The notes under the pieces: model-generated
What the model saw: the letters and a program-made list of their open reading frames with translations, nothing else
Database searches by the model: none
What the model was told of the DNA's origin: nothing
Made by a program: the position numbers and the translations under genes
Shown here: one piece after another, positions 10,541 through 20,390 of the stretch
Layout of the letters: each line of letters opens with the position of its first letter
How positions within the stretch are numbered: position 1 is the stretch's first letter
Assembly: GCA_030603385.1 (NCBI GenBank)
Contig: JAUVXW010000013.1
Location: forward strand, 1-64,000
Length of the DNA stretch: 64,000 nt
Direction of reading: 5' to 3'
Source of the DNA: Promethearchaeota archaeon
Lineage (GTDB): Archaea; Asgardarchaeota; Lokiarchaeia; Sigyniarchaeales; SOKP01

Positions 10541-12064
10541 ATGGCATTACCCCTACCTGGCACACCAATTATAGTTGATATAGGCTCCGCTTATGTGAAG
10601 GTTGGATTTGCAGGAGAACCAAGCCCTAGGTTTGTATTTCCATGCATTACGGGTACAGAAAAATATAAAGCTGTAATGGTTGATGTAAGTGCCAGAGGTA
10701 TATACGTTGGTAACGACGTCTCACGAATGAGGGGTGTACTTAAAATCAAACATCCAATAGAAAGGGGCGCAATCATGGATTGGGATAGCTTCTACGAAAT
10801 CCTCAACTATATCTTCTACACTTTGCTTCGAATTGAAGATTTATCCGATTATCCAATATTTTACTGTGAATCACCTTTCATGAATAAAGAAACTAAAGAA
10901 TACATCGCAAGACTTTTATTTGAAACTCATAAAATTAAAAGTCTAATTATGATGCCAACACCCTTATTGTCATTATTCAGTGTAGGACTAACAACAGGAT
11001 TAGTCATAGAGTCAGGAGACGGTCTAACTTGGGTAGTCCCTATTATAAATGGTCAAATGATTCAACATTCCGTACAAAAGCTTCCCCTAGCTGGTGTTGA
11101 CGTCAATCACAATCTGAAAAATCTTTTAATGAGGGAAGGAATAAATATAGCATCAAGTGCAGTCGATGAAATTATTCAAGAAATTAAAGAAAAAAATTGT
11201 TATTTTGTTTTAGATCCGAACAATCCCCCCAAAACGAATGAGATGTTCAGTACTCCAATGCCAGACGGCTCTACTATAAAAATGCCTAATTATATTCTCT
11301 CTCAAGCACCAGAAGTTATGTTTAATCCAGGTATGTTAGGTTATAGCTCTGTTATGAATTTACCTGATGCTGTAATAGCTAGCTTAAGAGTATTAGATAA
11401 TAATTACTGGCACGAATTATTATCTCATATTGTAATTTCAGGAGGAAATCTTTCATATAGCGGTTTTGAGGAAAGATTCGAATCTGAGATGAATGCTGTA
11501 CTTCCTCAATTAGGTTCAATTCCACGACCAAAACCAACACTAACTACTGTAAAAAATGAATTAATTCAACTCCAAGCAACTGAAATGTCCAAGAAAAAAC
11601 ATGATACATGTAGTCATTGTGGAGCATTCGTAGATTTATCCTCTGGTATTGAATATTGTCCTTCATGTGGAGGGAGATTAGTTTTGCCTGAAATAAAAAT
11701 CGATTTATCTCCCCAAAGTGGAAAAAGAGCACTAAAAAAAGGGAATTGTCCCTTCTGTAATAAAGAGATTGCAGATATGTCATCCTCCTTTTGTCCTTAT
11801 TGTGGAAGATCAATAGAAAGTTTAGAGAAAACTGATATTCCCGAAGTTGTAAAAACAAAGACACCTGCTCAAGAATTTACTGAATACATGGAGGCTTCTA
11901 GCAAAGTTTTGAAACTCTTTGTGCCTGACAATCTACAATTTACTATTTTCAATGGAGCAGCTATTCTAGGAAGTTTACCCTCGTTTCAGAATCTTTTTAT
12001 CACCTATGAGCAATTTCAATCTAATAAAGATCTGTTATATAGGGATATAAGCGAAATTCTTTAA
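10541..12064 (+). CDS. Asgard actin-related protein with inserted double zinc ribbon
   Basis: DIGSAYVKVGFAG, PIERGAIMDWD, TTGLVIESGDG, IKEKNCY, MPDG, APEVMFNP, ISGGN, GAAILGSL; about 130-aa insert with four CxxC motifs. Confidence 0.92.
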   Translation: MALPLPGTPIIVDIGSAYVKVGFAGEPSPRFVFPCITGTEKYKAVMVDVSARGIYVGNDVSRMRGVLKIKHPIERGAIMDWDSFYEILNYIFYTLLRIEDLSDYPIFYCESPFMNKETKEYIARLLFETHKIKSLIMMPTPLLSLFSVGLTTGLVIESGDGLTWVVPIINGQMIQHSVQKLPLAGVDVNHNLKNLLMREGINIASSAVDEIIQEIKEKNCYFVLDPNNPPKTNEMFSTPMPDGSTIKMPNYILSQAPEVMFNPGMLGYSSVMNLPDAVIASLRVLDNNYWHELLSHIVISGGNLSYSGFEERFESEMNAVLPQLGSIPRPKPTLTTVKNELIQLQATEMSKKKHDTCSHCGAFVDLSSGIEYCPSCGGRLVLPEIKIDLSPQSGKRALKKGNCPFCNKEIADMSSSFCPYCGRSIESLEKTDIPEVVKTKTPAQEFTEYMEASSKVLKLFVPDNLQFTIFNGAAILGSLPSFQNLFITYEQFQSNKDLLYRDISEIL

Positions 12065-12215
12065 AATTAAAGGATTTTTGATAAAAAATTAATAAAAACC
12101 CATTTTGTCTTTTTTTTTAGGATATCTAATTAATAAGTGCCATTGATAGATAATTTTTAATTTCAAGGTAAATTTAAAATATTAAAATTTTATTCATTTA
12201 GCTTAGGTTTTTTAT

Positions 12216-13304
12216 TTGAAGAGCAAATTTCGGTATTTCACTATTCTATTCCTAGTGTTTTTTTTTACATTGAATATAATTCCGATTGTATTAGGTAAAA
12301 CACGAAATGCATATTTAATCGATTTTCTTTTTAGCACTGAGATTGAAGGTGAAGGATTTAAAAATGGGATTGAAGGGGAAGGACCCAGTAATGAGGCAAC
12401 GGCTTATGCTTTAGAGATTTTAGACTATTATGGTCGAACAGCTCATGACGTTACTGATCTCGAAACATACTTAGAAACAGAATTAGAGACTATGTTTGAC
12501 GATGATGAAATTGTACTTTATGAATTATACTACTTACTTAAATCCTTAAATGTATTAGATTTTAATTATTCAAGTTTAAAAAATAGAATCCATCAGTTTA
12601 TTAATGGAACTGAACAAATTGGCGGAGGATTTTCATTTTCAAATACATCTACATTAGCAAGTATGAGCTCAACATACTTTGTTGTTCAAGTTTTTAATTT
12701 AATAGAAGAATCTATACCAAATAAAACTGTTCATAGAGATTGGATTATATTATGTAATAATAGTGATGGTGGATACGGTGGTAATAGAAGTTTATCTTCT
12801 ACTTTACTTACCACATATTATGCCGTTTATCTTTTGGATGTATTAAGCTCATTTAATGATTTAGCAGATATAAATCTGACTTCAACCTATTTAAATTCTT
12901 TTTACATACAGAATCCATCAGATACGAATAATTTTGGGGGGTGTAAACCTGACCTCACAGCTAATTACGCCTTGATAAGCAGTACGTATCACTGTGTAAG
13001 TGCGATTTATATCATTAATGAAAGTATGCTTAATAGTGGTCAAACTACAAAATGGATATTATCTCGTCAATATTTTCAAGATGGAGGTTTTGCAGATATA
13101 ACAGAGGGAACCAGCCAGCGAATCTCATCTGTAATTTCATCGTATTATGCCTTTGAAACTTTAGATTTATTTGGTTCATTGGGAAAATTGTCAGCAGCAG
13201 TATTTATGGTAGAATTTGACTACTGGATTTTAATAATCATATTGGGGAGCATTGGCTTAGTTGCGGCTATAGGTGTAATTCTTTGGCGAAGAAGAAGAAT
13301 TTAA
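12216..13304 (+). CDS. Secreted, C-terminally membrane-anchored prenyltransferase/squalene-cyclase repeat (alpha-alpha toroid) protein
   Basis: Signal peptide; repeats GGGFS, DGGYG, FGGCK, DGGFA each followed by (S/T)(T/S)Y-aromatic helices; C-terminal TM plus RRRR. Confidence 0.8.
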   Translation: MKSKFRYFTILFLVFFFTLNIIPIVLGKTRNAYLIDFLFSTEIEGEGFKNGIEGEGPSNEATAYALEILDYYGRTAHDVTDLETYLETELETMFDDDEIVLYELYYLLKSLNVLDFNYSSLKNRIHQFINGTEQIGGGFSFSNTSTLASMSSTYFVVQVFNLIEESIPNKTVHRDWIILCNNSDGGYGGNRSLSSTLLTTYYAVYLLDVLSSFNDLADINLTSTYLNSFYIQNPSDTNNFGGCKPDLTANYALISSTYHCVSAIYIINESMLNSGQTTKWILSRQYFQDGGFADITEGTSQRISSVISSYYAFETLDLFGSLGKLSAAVFMVEFDYWILIIILGSIGLVAAIGVILWRRRRI

Positions 13305-13396
13305 TATTTTTTTACTAAAAAATAAAAGAAAATTCAAATGAGTCTTTCTTATTTTAATATGACTATAATTCTAGATTTAAAAATATATATCAAATT

Positions 13397-14263
13397 ATGA
13401 ATGATAAAATATTAGATGGAAAGTCATTAGCAGAAAAACTAAATTTGGCATTGAAAGTTAAAATTAAGGAAGCAGTAGATAGAATAGGTATTAAACCTAA
13501 AATAGTTACTATATTAGTTGGAGAAGATCCCGCTTCAAAAGTCTATTTGAATATGAAGAAGAGAACCAGTGCTTTTGTAGGTATAGAATCAGAAATTTTA
13601 GAATTAGATGAACATATTTCAAAAGAGAAAATTACAGAAAAAATCAATAAACTTAACACAAATGATAATGTACATGGTATTTTACTACAACTACCTCTTC
13701 CAAAATCCCAAGCTTCTAATACACTAAAGTATATTGAAAATATATCCCCAAAAAAGGACGTAGACGGATTAACTCCTGTAAATAAAGGTAGACTTTACGA
13801 TTATAACGAAAACCTAGCACCATGTACTCCTACAGGAATTATTACATTACTAGAATATTATAACATTGAACTAAAAGGGAAAGAAGTAGTTATCATTAAT
13901 CGTTCAAATCTTGTCGGTAAACCTTTAATCTTTATGATGCTTAAACGGAATGCTACTGTTTCAGTTTGTCATACATCCACAATAAATATTGAAAACCATA
14001 TGAGAAGAGCAGATATCTTAGTTGTAGCTGTTAGGCATCCAAATTTTGTAACTAAAGAAAAAATAAAAAAGGGTGCAATAATAATCGATGTAGGTATCAA
14101 TAGAGTCAATGGAAAATTATGTGGAGATGTAAATTTTGAAGATGTTTTTGAAAAAAGTGGTAAAATTGCTCCTTCTCCTGGGGGTATTGGCCCACTAACT
14201 GTTCACTTTTTGCTACAAAATACTTTTACAGCATATAAAAATCAATTAGGAATTAATTTTTGA
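13397..14263 (+). CDS. folD: Methylenetetrahydrofolate dehydrogenase/cyclohydrolase
   Basis: ILDGK, ASKVY, VHGILLQLPLP, KDVDG, PCTP, RSNLVGKP, DVGINR, PGGIGP. Confidence 0.95.
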   Translation: MNDKILDGKSLAEKLNLALKVKIKEAVDRIGIKPKIVTILVGEDPASKVYLNMKKRTSAFVGIESEILELDEHISKEKITEKINKLNTNDNVHGILLQLPLPKSQASNTLKYIENISPKKDVDGLTPVNKGRLYDYNENLAPCTPTGIITLLEYYNIELKGKEVVIINRSNLVGKPLIFMMLKRNATVSVCHTSTINIENHMRRADILVVAVRHPNFVTKEKIKKGAIIIDVGINRVNGKLCGDVNFEDVFEKSGKIAPSPGGIGPLTVHFLLQNTFTAYKNQLGINF

Positions 14264-14429
14264 CTAAAGTATAATTCTATAATAACCTTTTATAAAATTA
14301 AAAACAATTAAAATTATATTTAATTGAAATTTTAAAAAAAGATAGTAATAAAAACTTTCATTATTACTATAAAACAAGATAACGAACATTAATAATATCT
14401 TAGAGTTAGAACAAAGTTCCTTATAAAAA

Positions 14430-14885
14430 ATGGCAATATTAGAAGTTGGAATCAATATCGGAATGAAAAGCTTAATTGAGATTAAGTATTATTCATCTTC
14501 GGATAATTTATTAGATCCAGATTTGCGTGCTGGATTTCTAACTGCATTGGAAAGTTTTACTAGTGAAGTTTTTGGTGACGATATTAACGTAATCTCTCTT
14601 GCAAGCTTTAAGTTAGTCTGCTATTGTGAAATGATACAAATGCCCAGCAATGATGCTGAAAATACACAACCATTATTATCGTTTGCCATTATTGAAAAAG
14701 GAACAGAAGTTCCGGTAGTTAAAGATCAATTAAACGAAATTGTTACTTATTTTCTAAACCGATATTCATTGAATGATATTTTTTCTAAAAAACCTAAATA
14801 TTTTAAAGATTTTGAAACTCGTATAAATGAAATCTTAGGAGACTTAAAACTAAAAACAGAGGATCGTTTTAGATCCATATTTTAG
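14430..14885 (+). CDS. Longin-like domain protein (Asgard type)
   Basis: DPDLRAGFLTALESFTSEVF helix then beta strands and FLNRY...FKDFE helix; resemblance only. Confidence 0.6.
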   Translation: MAILEVGINIGMKSLIEIKYYSSSDNLLDPDLRAGFLTALESFTSEVFGDDINVISLASFKLVCYCEMIQMPSNDAENTQPLLSFAIIEKGTEVPVVKDQLNEIVTYFLNRYSLNDIFSKKPKYFKDFETRINEILGDLKLKTEDRFRSIF

Positions 14886-14952
14886 AGGGACTCTTGAAGT
14901 TCCACGTATCAAGATGGAAAGATATGTAAATAACTTTTACAGGGATTGATTT

Positions 14953-16149
14953 TTGAGTTCGAATATTGGAGCACCAGCTAAAGCGAAGTACCAAGAATAT
15001 TTAGATGCGGGATCTTTAGAGCAAAAAATAAAACTACTGGGGGAATTCATTTCTTTAGTTCCTAAACATAAAGCAACAGAGAAGATTATAGCACTAAATA
15101 AATCTCGTGTTGCTAAGATGAAACGTGAGATTGAAGACCGAATACAGCAGCAGAAGATTACTCAAAAGGTTGTCAGCCCCTTTTCAATCAAAAAAGAAGG
15201 AATTCAAATAATATTGATAAGTGCGTATTATACACCTGGAGTTGGTAAAACTTCTCTTTTAAACTTTTTAACTGGTGCTGCGGAAGAAAAAATTGGTAAA
15301 TTTACTGCTCTTCCTGAAATAGGAATCTATCAATATAACAAAATTCGATTTCAAATCGTAGAAATGCCTTCCATCATGAGAGGAGCATCAGAGGGTATAG
15401 GAAATGGAAAAGAAATATTATCTCAACTTAGATCTTGCGATTTAATTTGTATATGTGTGGATCTATCGAGAAGTTTTGAAGAGCAGATGAGTTTACTTTT
15501 AGAAGAATTATCTAAAGCTGAAATTAGAATAAATATACCTCCTCCTCCTCTAAAAATTCAAAAGACAGGTTCAAATAAAATTCAAGTCCTGTATTTAACA
15601 AGTGATGCCAAAAATGTCGAGGATATTAAAGACTTTACTGAAAAAATTAAAGAAATTATACTTGAAAATGGGATAAGAAATGCTATAGTAAAAGTTTATG
15701 GAGCTATTTCTTTTGATGATCTTGTAGATGCTTTAAATCCTTCTGTTGTCTATAAAAAAGCTATGGTTATAGCAACTAAAGGTGATCTCCCCCACACCGA
15801 GGAACCATTCGAAAAATTAAAACGGGAGTATTCTGATAAATTTTCAAAAATAATAGGGACTAGTGTACATAAAAGAAACGTCCCTCAAGATTTTGGTGAA
15901 GTAATTCTAAGATTTTTAAAGAAAATACGAATATATACAATGAGCGTTGGAGGAGATATAGCAGAGAAACCATTAATAATGGAGGAAAATTCAACTATTA
16001 AAGATGCTGCAATTAAGATTCATAAAAGTTTCTATGAATCTTTTGATCACGCGATAGTTATAAGGCAAGACGCTCGTCAAAAACGTAAAAGGGTTGGACT
16101 AGATTACGAATTACATGATATGGATATAATTGAAATCTCTACTATGTGA
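14953..16149 (+). CDS. DRG/OBG-family GTPase-like protein with C-terminal TGS domain and degenerate G-motifs
   Basis: VPKHKATE N-terminal DRG signature, GVGKT, GASEGIGNGKEIL, TKGD, TIKDAAIKIHK, RVGLDYELHDMDIIEI. Confidence 0.85.
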   Translation: MSSNIGAPAKAKYQEYLDAGSLEQKIKLLGEFISLVPKHKATEKIIALNKSRVAKMKREIEDRIQQQKITQKVVSPFSIKKEGIQIILISAYYTPGVGKTSLLNFLTGAAEEKIGKFTALPEIGIYQYNKIRFQIVEMPSIMRGASEGIGNGKEILSQLRSCDLICICVDLSRSFEEQMSLLLEELSKAEIRINIPPPPLKIQKTGSNKIQVLYLTSDAKNVEDIKDFTEKIKEIILENGIRNAIVKVYGAISFDDLVDALNPSVVYKKAMVIATKGDLPHTEEPFEKLKREYSDKFSKIIGTSVHKRNVPQDFGEVILRFLKKIRIYTMSVGGDIAEKPLIMEENSTIKDAAIKIHKSFYESFDHAIVIRQDARQKRKRVGLDYELHDMDIIEISTM

Positions 16150-16176
16150 TTTTCTTTATTTTATAATTAGGTCTAT

Positions 16177-18846
16177 TCAATATTTTATCTGTTCGATTAA
16201 ATTAGGAATCTCTTGGATCTCCAATTTATATTTTGAATCTAAATCGAAAATTCCTTCTAATATATTTTTTATACTCTCTAAACTATAGATTAAATTTTCT
16301 AGATAACCGATCATATCACCTTTGTGAATTACTATTTTATATTCTTCCACAAAATAATTACAAATTTCCTCTATTGTTAATTTATGCTCTACTCGTAAAT
16401 TTAATATGATTTTCTCAAGGTTTAATCGTCCACAATCGCAATATGGTGAATCTTTACAACTACAATTGAAAATTTCACTAATCCATTTCGAAATGAATTC
16501 TATAAATTCCTGAGAAAATGTTTTTCTTTTTCTTACATAATCTGCATTCAAAAGAGAAAGAACGCTACCACTAAATAAATTATTACTAAGATACCTCATA
16601 TTCACATTTTTAGCTAAATCTGCTACAATTCCTTTAGACAAATATACGTTTTTAATAGGTTTAAGGTCAAGAGCAATTGTAATTACTGTCTTCTCCTTAT
16701 TCTTTATTATTTCCACAATTTCTAAACATTGTTCTGTAGTTAGGAATGACTTTGCGATAGCTTGCCCTAAATGAGTGGATTTATAGACAAAATTTTCTTT
16801 TATTCTTATTGTCCTCATCAGATTTAATTTTTTCAAAAATGAATCTAACTCATATTTGTTATTAATTAAAAGTTCGAAATATTTATAGATTATCTCTTTT
16901 TTAATGCCTTGATTAAACATAGATATAAAGGCTAATAATTCTGTTAAACTTTTACTTTCATTTGGGAGTAATTCAAAATCTTTAATTTTTCCATTTAATA
17001 ATTTAATAGCTATTACTTCTTCAGTTTCTTTCATTTTAGGAGAATAAACCTTTTCTGGCTCCACAAGTAAATATGCATAACCTAAATCATGCTTTCCTAG
17101 CCTTCCACTGCGTCCTAACATCTGTTCAAATTCTGCTACGCTTAGCCATTTAATACCCATAGCTAAGGATTCAAAGATTACTTGACTTGCTGGAAGATCC
17201 ACACCAGCAGCTAATGCAGCAGTCGCGATTACTCCGGCAATTTTTTGAGCTCTAAAGTCACCTTCAATTGCTTTTCGTTCCTCATTAGTTAACCCAGAAT
17301 GGTATGAAGATACATTGATTCCTCTTTCTTGCAAGTGAGCGGTGATAATTTCACATTTGTTCCTAGTGTTGGTAAAAATTATCGACTGACCTTTAAAACC
17401 ATATTTAGATTTTTTAAAGTAAGCCGCTTTAACTAATTTTGAAATTCGTTTGTATTTTTGAACTTCATTAAGGCATAGTATTAGATGTCTCTCAATGGGA
17501 ACAGGTCTGTTGTTATACATAATCAACTTGCAATCTAATTTTTCAGCTAAAAGTTTTGGTTCTCCTAACGTTGCACTTAAATATAAAAATTGAGCTTCAT
17601 TATAAAGCAACTTCATACGAGCAATGAATCCATCTAATAAGTAACCTCTCTCTAAATCAATCATGGTTTGAATCTCGTCAACAATAATCGTACTAATATT
17701 TCCTAGTAGTGACTTTTTGCCACTTCTTAAAACATAATCTATTGCTTCATATGTAGCTATAATTATATCTGCATTGATTAAATCCTCTTGGGCTGTTTCT
17801 TCACTTTTTTCAAATAAAGATGCCCCTACTTTTTTTAATATTTTTAAGTTTAAAGATTTATATCTTTCCTTAAATTCTTCAGTTCTTAAATTAGCTAAAG
17901 CTACAATTGGTACAAGATAAAGTATTTTTGCACTTCTATTCTTTAAAACTTTCGAGACACCTGCTAATTCTCCTACTAATGTTTTCCCTCCTGAAGTTGG
18001 CGCTATTATTAATTGGTTTGAAGATTCACTTATTAAACCTTTTTCAATAGCTAGAGCTTGTATTGGCAACAATAAATTTAGATTAAATTGCTTTAATACC
18101 TTTTTAAAAGGCTGCGGGATCTCTAAGTCCTCAATTTTTTTATTAAGATATTTTTTATTAATTGGAGATTTTTTTTCAATATCGTAAAGTGTAATATCTC
18201 TATTGGTTGCAGGATTAAAATCCGCTTGAAATGCGGTTAAAATTTTTTTTATATTTTTAAATTTTAGAATCATATGTGTAAAAAAGCTTTTTAACTTTGG
18301 ATTAATCCGACCTTGATTAACTAAACCTCTATGTCTTAGTTCCCTAGAAATGATATTATATGCACATTCAGAGCATAATATTTGATTTTTAAATGATAAT
18401 ATTTGAGATCCCTCGTTTAAAATTGTGAATTTCTGAGTACTTAAGCAAGATTTACAAAAAGTTAAATTCTTTATTTTATTTTCATCAAATTGAAAGTTTT
18501 TAAGCATTTCATTTATAATGGTGAGATTTTCAAGAGAAGATTGGCTTGAAAATGCAATAAATCTGTTTTTATCAGAAAGTAAAAATTTTTTAAAGAGGTG
18601 AGGGTTAATTGGAGCGACATTTCCATCTTTTTCAATTTTATTAAAACTTAATGGACGAATTCTATTTTTGAAATCTAAACCAAAAAGAACAATCCCCCTA
18701 AAAAAAGGTTCGTTGATATAGGAAAATTTGAAACCTTTTTCCTTAAACTTTTTGATATAAAAGAAATTAACATTAAAAATCAGATCTTTCTTAGATTTTT
18801 CTTTACGATCTAAAACAATAAAAAAATCCCTTGAAGATATGCTCAA
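16177..18846 (-). CDS. Archaea-specific Ski2-like SF2 helicase (ASH-Ski2 / DUF5814 type)
   Basis: APTSGGKT, DEIQ, LSAT, YHSGL, ATAALAAGVDLPA, QMLGRSGR; N-terminal CxxC pair and C-terminal CSCKDSPYCDC. Confidence 0.88.
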   Translation of the reverse strand: MSISSRDFFIVLDRKEKSKKDLIFNVNFFYIKKFKEKGFKFSYINEPFFRGIVLFGLDFKNRIRPLSFNKIEKDGNVAPINPHLFKKFLLSDKNRFIAFSSQSSLENLTIINEMLKNFQFDENKIKNLTFCKSCLSTQKFTILNEGSQILSFKNQILCSECAYNIISRELRHRGLVNQGRINPKLKSFFTHMILKFKNIKKILTAFQADFNPATNRDITLYDIEKKSPINKKYLNKKIEDLEIPQPFKKVLKQFNLNLLLPIQALAIEKGLISESSNQLIIAPTSGGKTLVGELAGVSKVLKNRSAKILYLVPIVALANLRTEEFKERYKSLNLKILKKVGASLFEKSEETAQEDLINADIIIATYEAIDYVLRSGKKSLLGNISTIIVDEIQTMIDLERGYLLDGFIARMKLLYNEAQFLYLSATLGEPKLLAEKLDCKLIMYNNRPVPIERHLILCLNEVQKYKRISKLVKAAYFKKSKYGFKGQSIIFTNTRNKCEIITAHLQERGINVSSYHSGLTNEERKAIEGDFRAQKIAGVIATAALAAGVDLPASQVIFESLAMGIKWLSVAEFEQMLGRSGRLGKHDLGYAYLLVEPEKVYSPKMKETEEVIAIKLLNGKIKDFELLPNESKSLTELLAFISMFNQGIKKEIIYKYFELLINNKYELDSFLKKLNLMRTIRIKENFVYKSTHLGQAIAKSFLTTEQCLEIVEIIKNKEKTVITIALDLKPIKNVYLSKGIVADLAKNVNMRYLSNNLFSGSVLSLLNADYVRKRKTFSQEFIEFISKWISEIFNCSCKDSPYCDCGRLNLEKIILNLRVEHKLTIEEICNYFVEEYKIVIHKGDMIGYLENLIYSLESIKNILEGIFDLDSKYKLEIQEIPNLIEQIKY

Positions 18847-18963
18847 ATATGAGACCTTTTAAAATGTTAAGTTGTAATTAAAATGAATGAAAAAAGCCAC
18901 TTCAATTTTACTATTTACAATACGTAAATACAATGAAATAAGTTATTAAAAAAGAATAGAAAT

Positions 18964-19125
18964 TTAAAAACCAAAAACTTGTTTGATTTTATCATAGACT
19001 TCCTTAATCTGTCTTAGCTTTCCTTCATCTCCTTGATTTAAAAAATGCTCGACCCATTGCCCAAAAGCGCCGCCTTTAATCCATTCAAGGAAAAATTCAA
19101 CTGATTGACGTTCCTCTGCAGACAT
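18964..19125 (-). CDS. 53-aa small protein missed by the ORF track
   Basis: ATG..TAA ORF MSAEERQSVEFFLEWIKGGAFGQWVEHFLNQGDEGKLRQIKEVYDKIKQVFGF; GC-richer than flanks, amphipathic pattern. Confidence 0.7.
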   Translation of the reverse strand: MSAEERQSVEFFLEWIKGGAFGQWVEHFLNQGDEGKLRQIKEVYDKIKQVFGF

Positions 19126-19279
19126 TTTATATTCGTTTTTTTTTCTAATTTGGTTTTTTATTTTTAATTTGCTTCTATATAAAAGTTATAAATTATTCTA
19201 TTTTATATTTTTATAATTTCAAATTTGAATAAAATAAAGTTATTGAAATTTTAAAATAAATTTTTAAGATGATAAGAAA

Positions 19280-20239
19280 ATGCCCGATATAAGAATAAAA
19301 ACACCATCATTGGATTTAATTTTCGAAAAATGGAAACAAAAGGCTGCAAGAACTGATCGCAAAAGGATGGAGAAAGAATTTGGAACAAAAGGAGCAGTTT
19401 TTTCATTAGATGCTGTTAGCGGTGCAGAATATGTAAAGGATACGATGAAAGAAGTAGCAATATATTTTGCTGTTAAGAAATCTCTTGGTCCCGCACCAAA
19501 AGGAAAGGAAGAAAATACGGTGACTGCTCCAAGGGTAAGTAGAGAGCAGTTCTATTCATTTAAAGGATCAGGTAAGATTAATAAAGAGGAATGGAAAGGA
19601 AACGAAATTGTCCCTCAGTTTGAATCGATCCAAGCAGTTTCCTGTAAGACATGCAGAGGAAAAGGATACATTGAAAATAAATGCAAAATGTGTAAAGGTA
19701 CCGGAAAAATTGAAGAAACATTTACTGTATTAGTTGGTGAAGAACAAAATAAAGAGAAAAAACCGTTTACTTATCCATGTGGCGCTTGTTATGGGACTGG
19801 AAATAGAACAGAACCGTGTAAAGAATGTGAAGGTCATAAAAATCTGTACAAATATGAGGAGCTTCCTGTTCCATTTCAAACAGTGGTTACAGGGGTCCCT
19901 ATTCTTCAATCTAGTGCCCAAACGAAATATGAAAAAGAGATTGGAGACGATCTCCATAAAATGATTGAAGATATCGAAGGTATAAGATTTAACAATTTTA
20001 AAGAATTAGAAACAAAAGCAGAGGCGTCATTAGGATATTGGAATAAAAATATTAAAAAAACCATAAGTTCAGCTGGCAGCGATTATAAATCTTACGAAAA
20101 AGATAAAGATGCTCAAATTACTACACAAATCTATCTTTTCCCTATGATACAGATGTATGCTGAAACAAAACGAGGCAAAAAATTTGAAATATATAGTCTT
20201 GGTTCAGGAACTAAATTTATGGTATATTCCAACTTTTAA
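19280..20239 (+). CDS. SSUH2-like protein with four DnaJ-type zinc-finger repeats, no J domain
   Basis: CKTCRGKG, CKMCKGTG, CGACYGTG, CKECEGHK; C-terminal QIYLFPMIQMY...KKFEIYSLG resembles the SSUH2 C-terminus. Confidence 0.7.
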   Translation: MPDIRIKTPSLDLIFEKWKQKAARTDRKRMEKEFGTKGAVFSLDAVSGAEYVKDTMKEVAIYFAVKKSLGPAPKGKEENTVTAPRVSREQFYSFKGSGKINKEEWKGNEIVPQFESIQAVSCKTCRGKGYIENKCKMCKGTGKIEETFTVLVGEEQNKEKKPFTYPCGACYGTGNRTEPCKECEGHKNLYKYEELPVPFQTVVTGVPILQSSAQTKYEKEIGDDLHKMIEDIEGIRFNNFKELETKAEASLGYWNKNIKKTISSAGSDYKSYEKDKDAQITTQIYLFPMIQMYAETKRGKKFEIYSLGSGTKFMVYSNF

Positions 20240-20390
20240 TTCATTTTTTTTTATTTTAATCCTAAATTTTATTTTTTCTTTACTTGATATTAGATTAGCA
20301 CAAATTAAAAAACATGTCAAAAATTAATAAATATGCATTTTAATATAAGAAAATTTTAAAAACAAAAAAAACAAAACATTGATTAGGATT

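Noticed and set aside
19280-20239. DnaJ chaperone call
   Set aside because: No J domain, HPD motif or G/F-rich region
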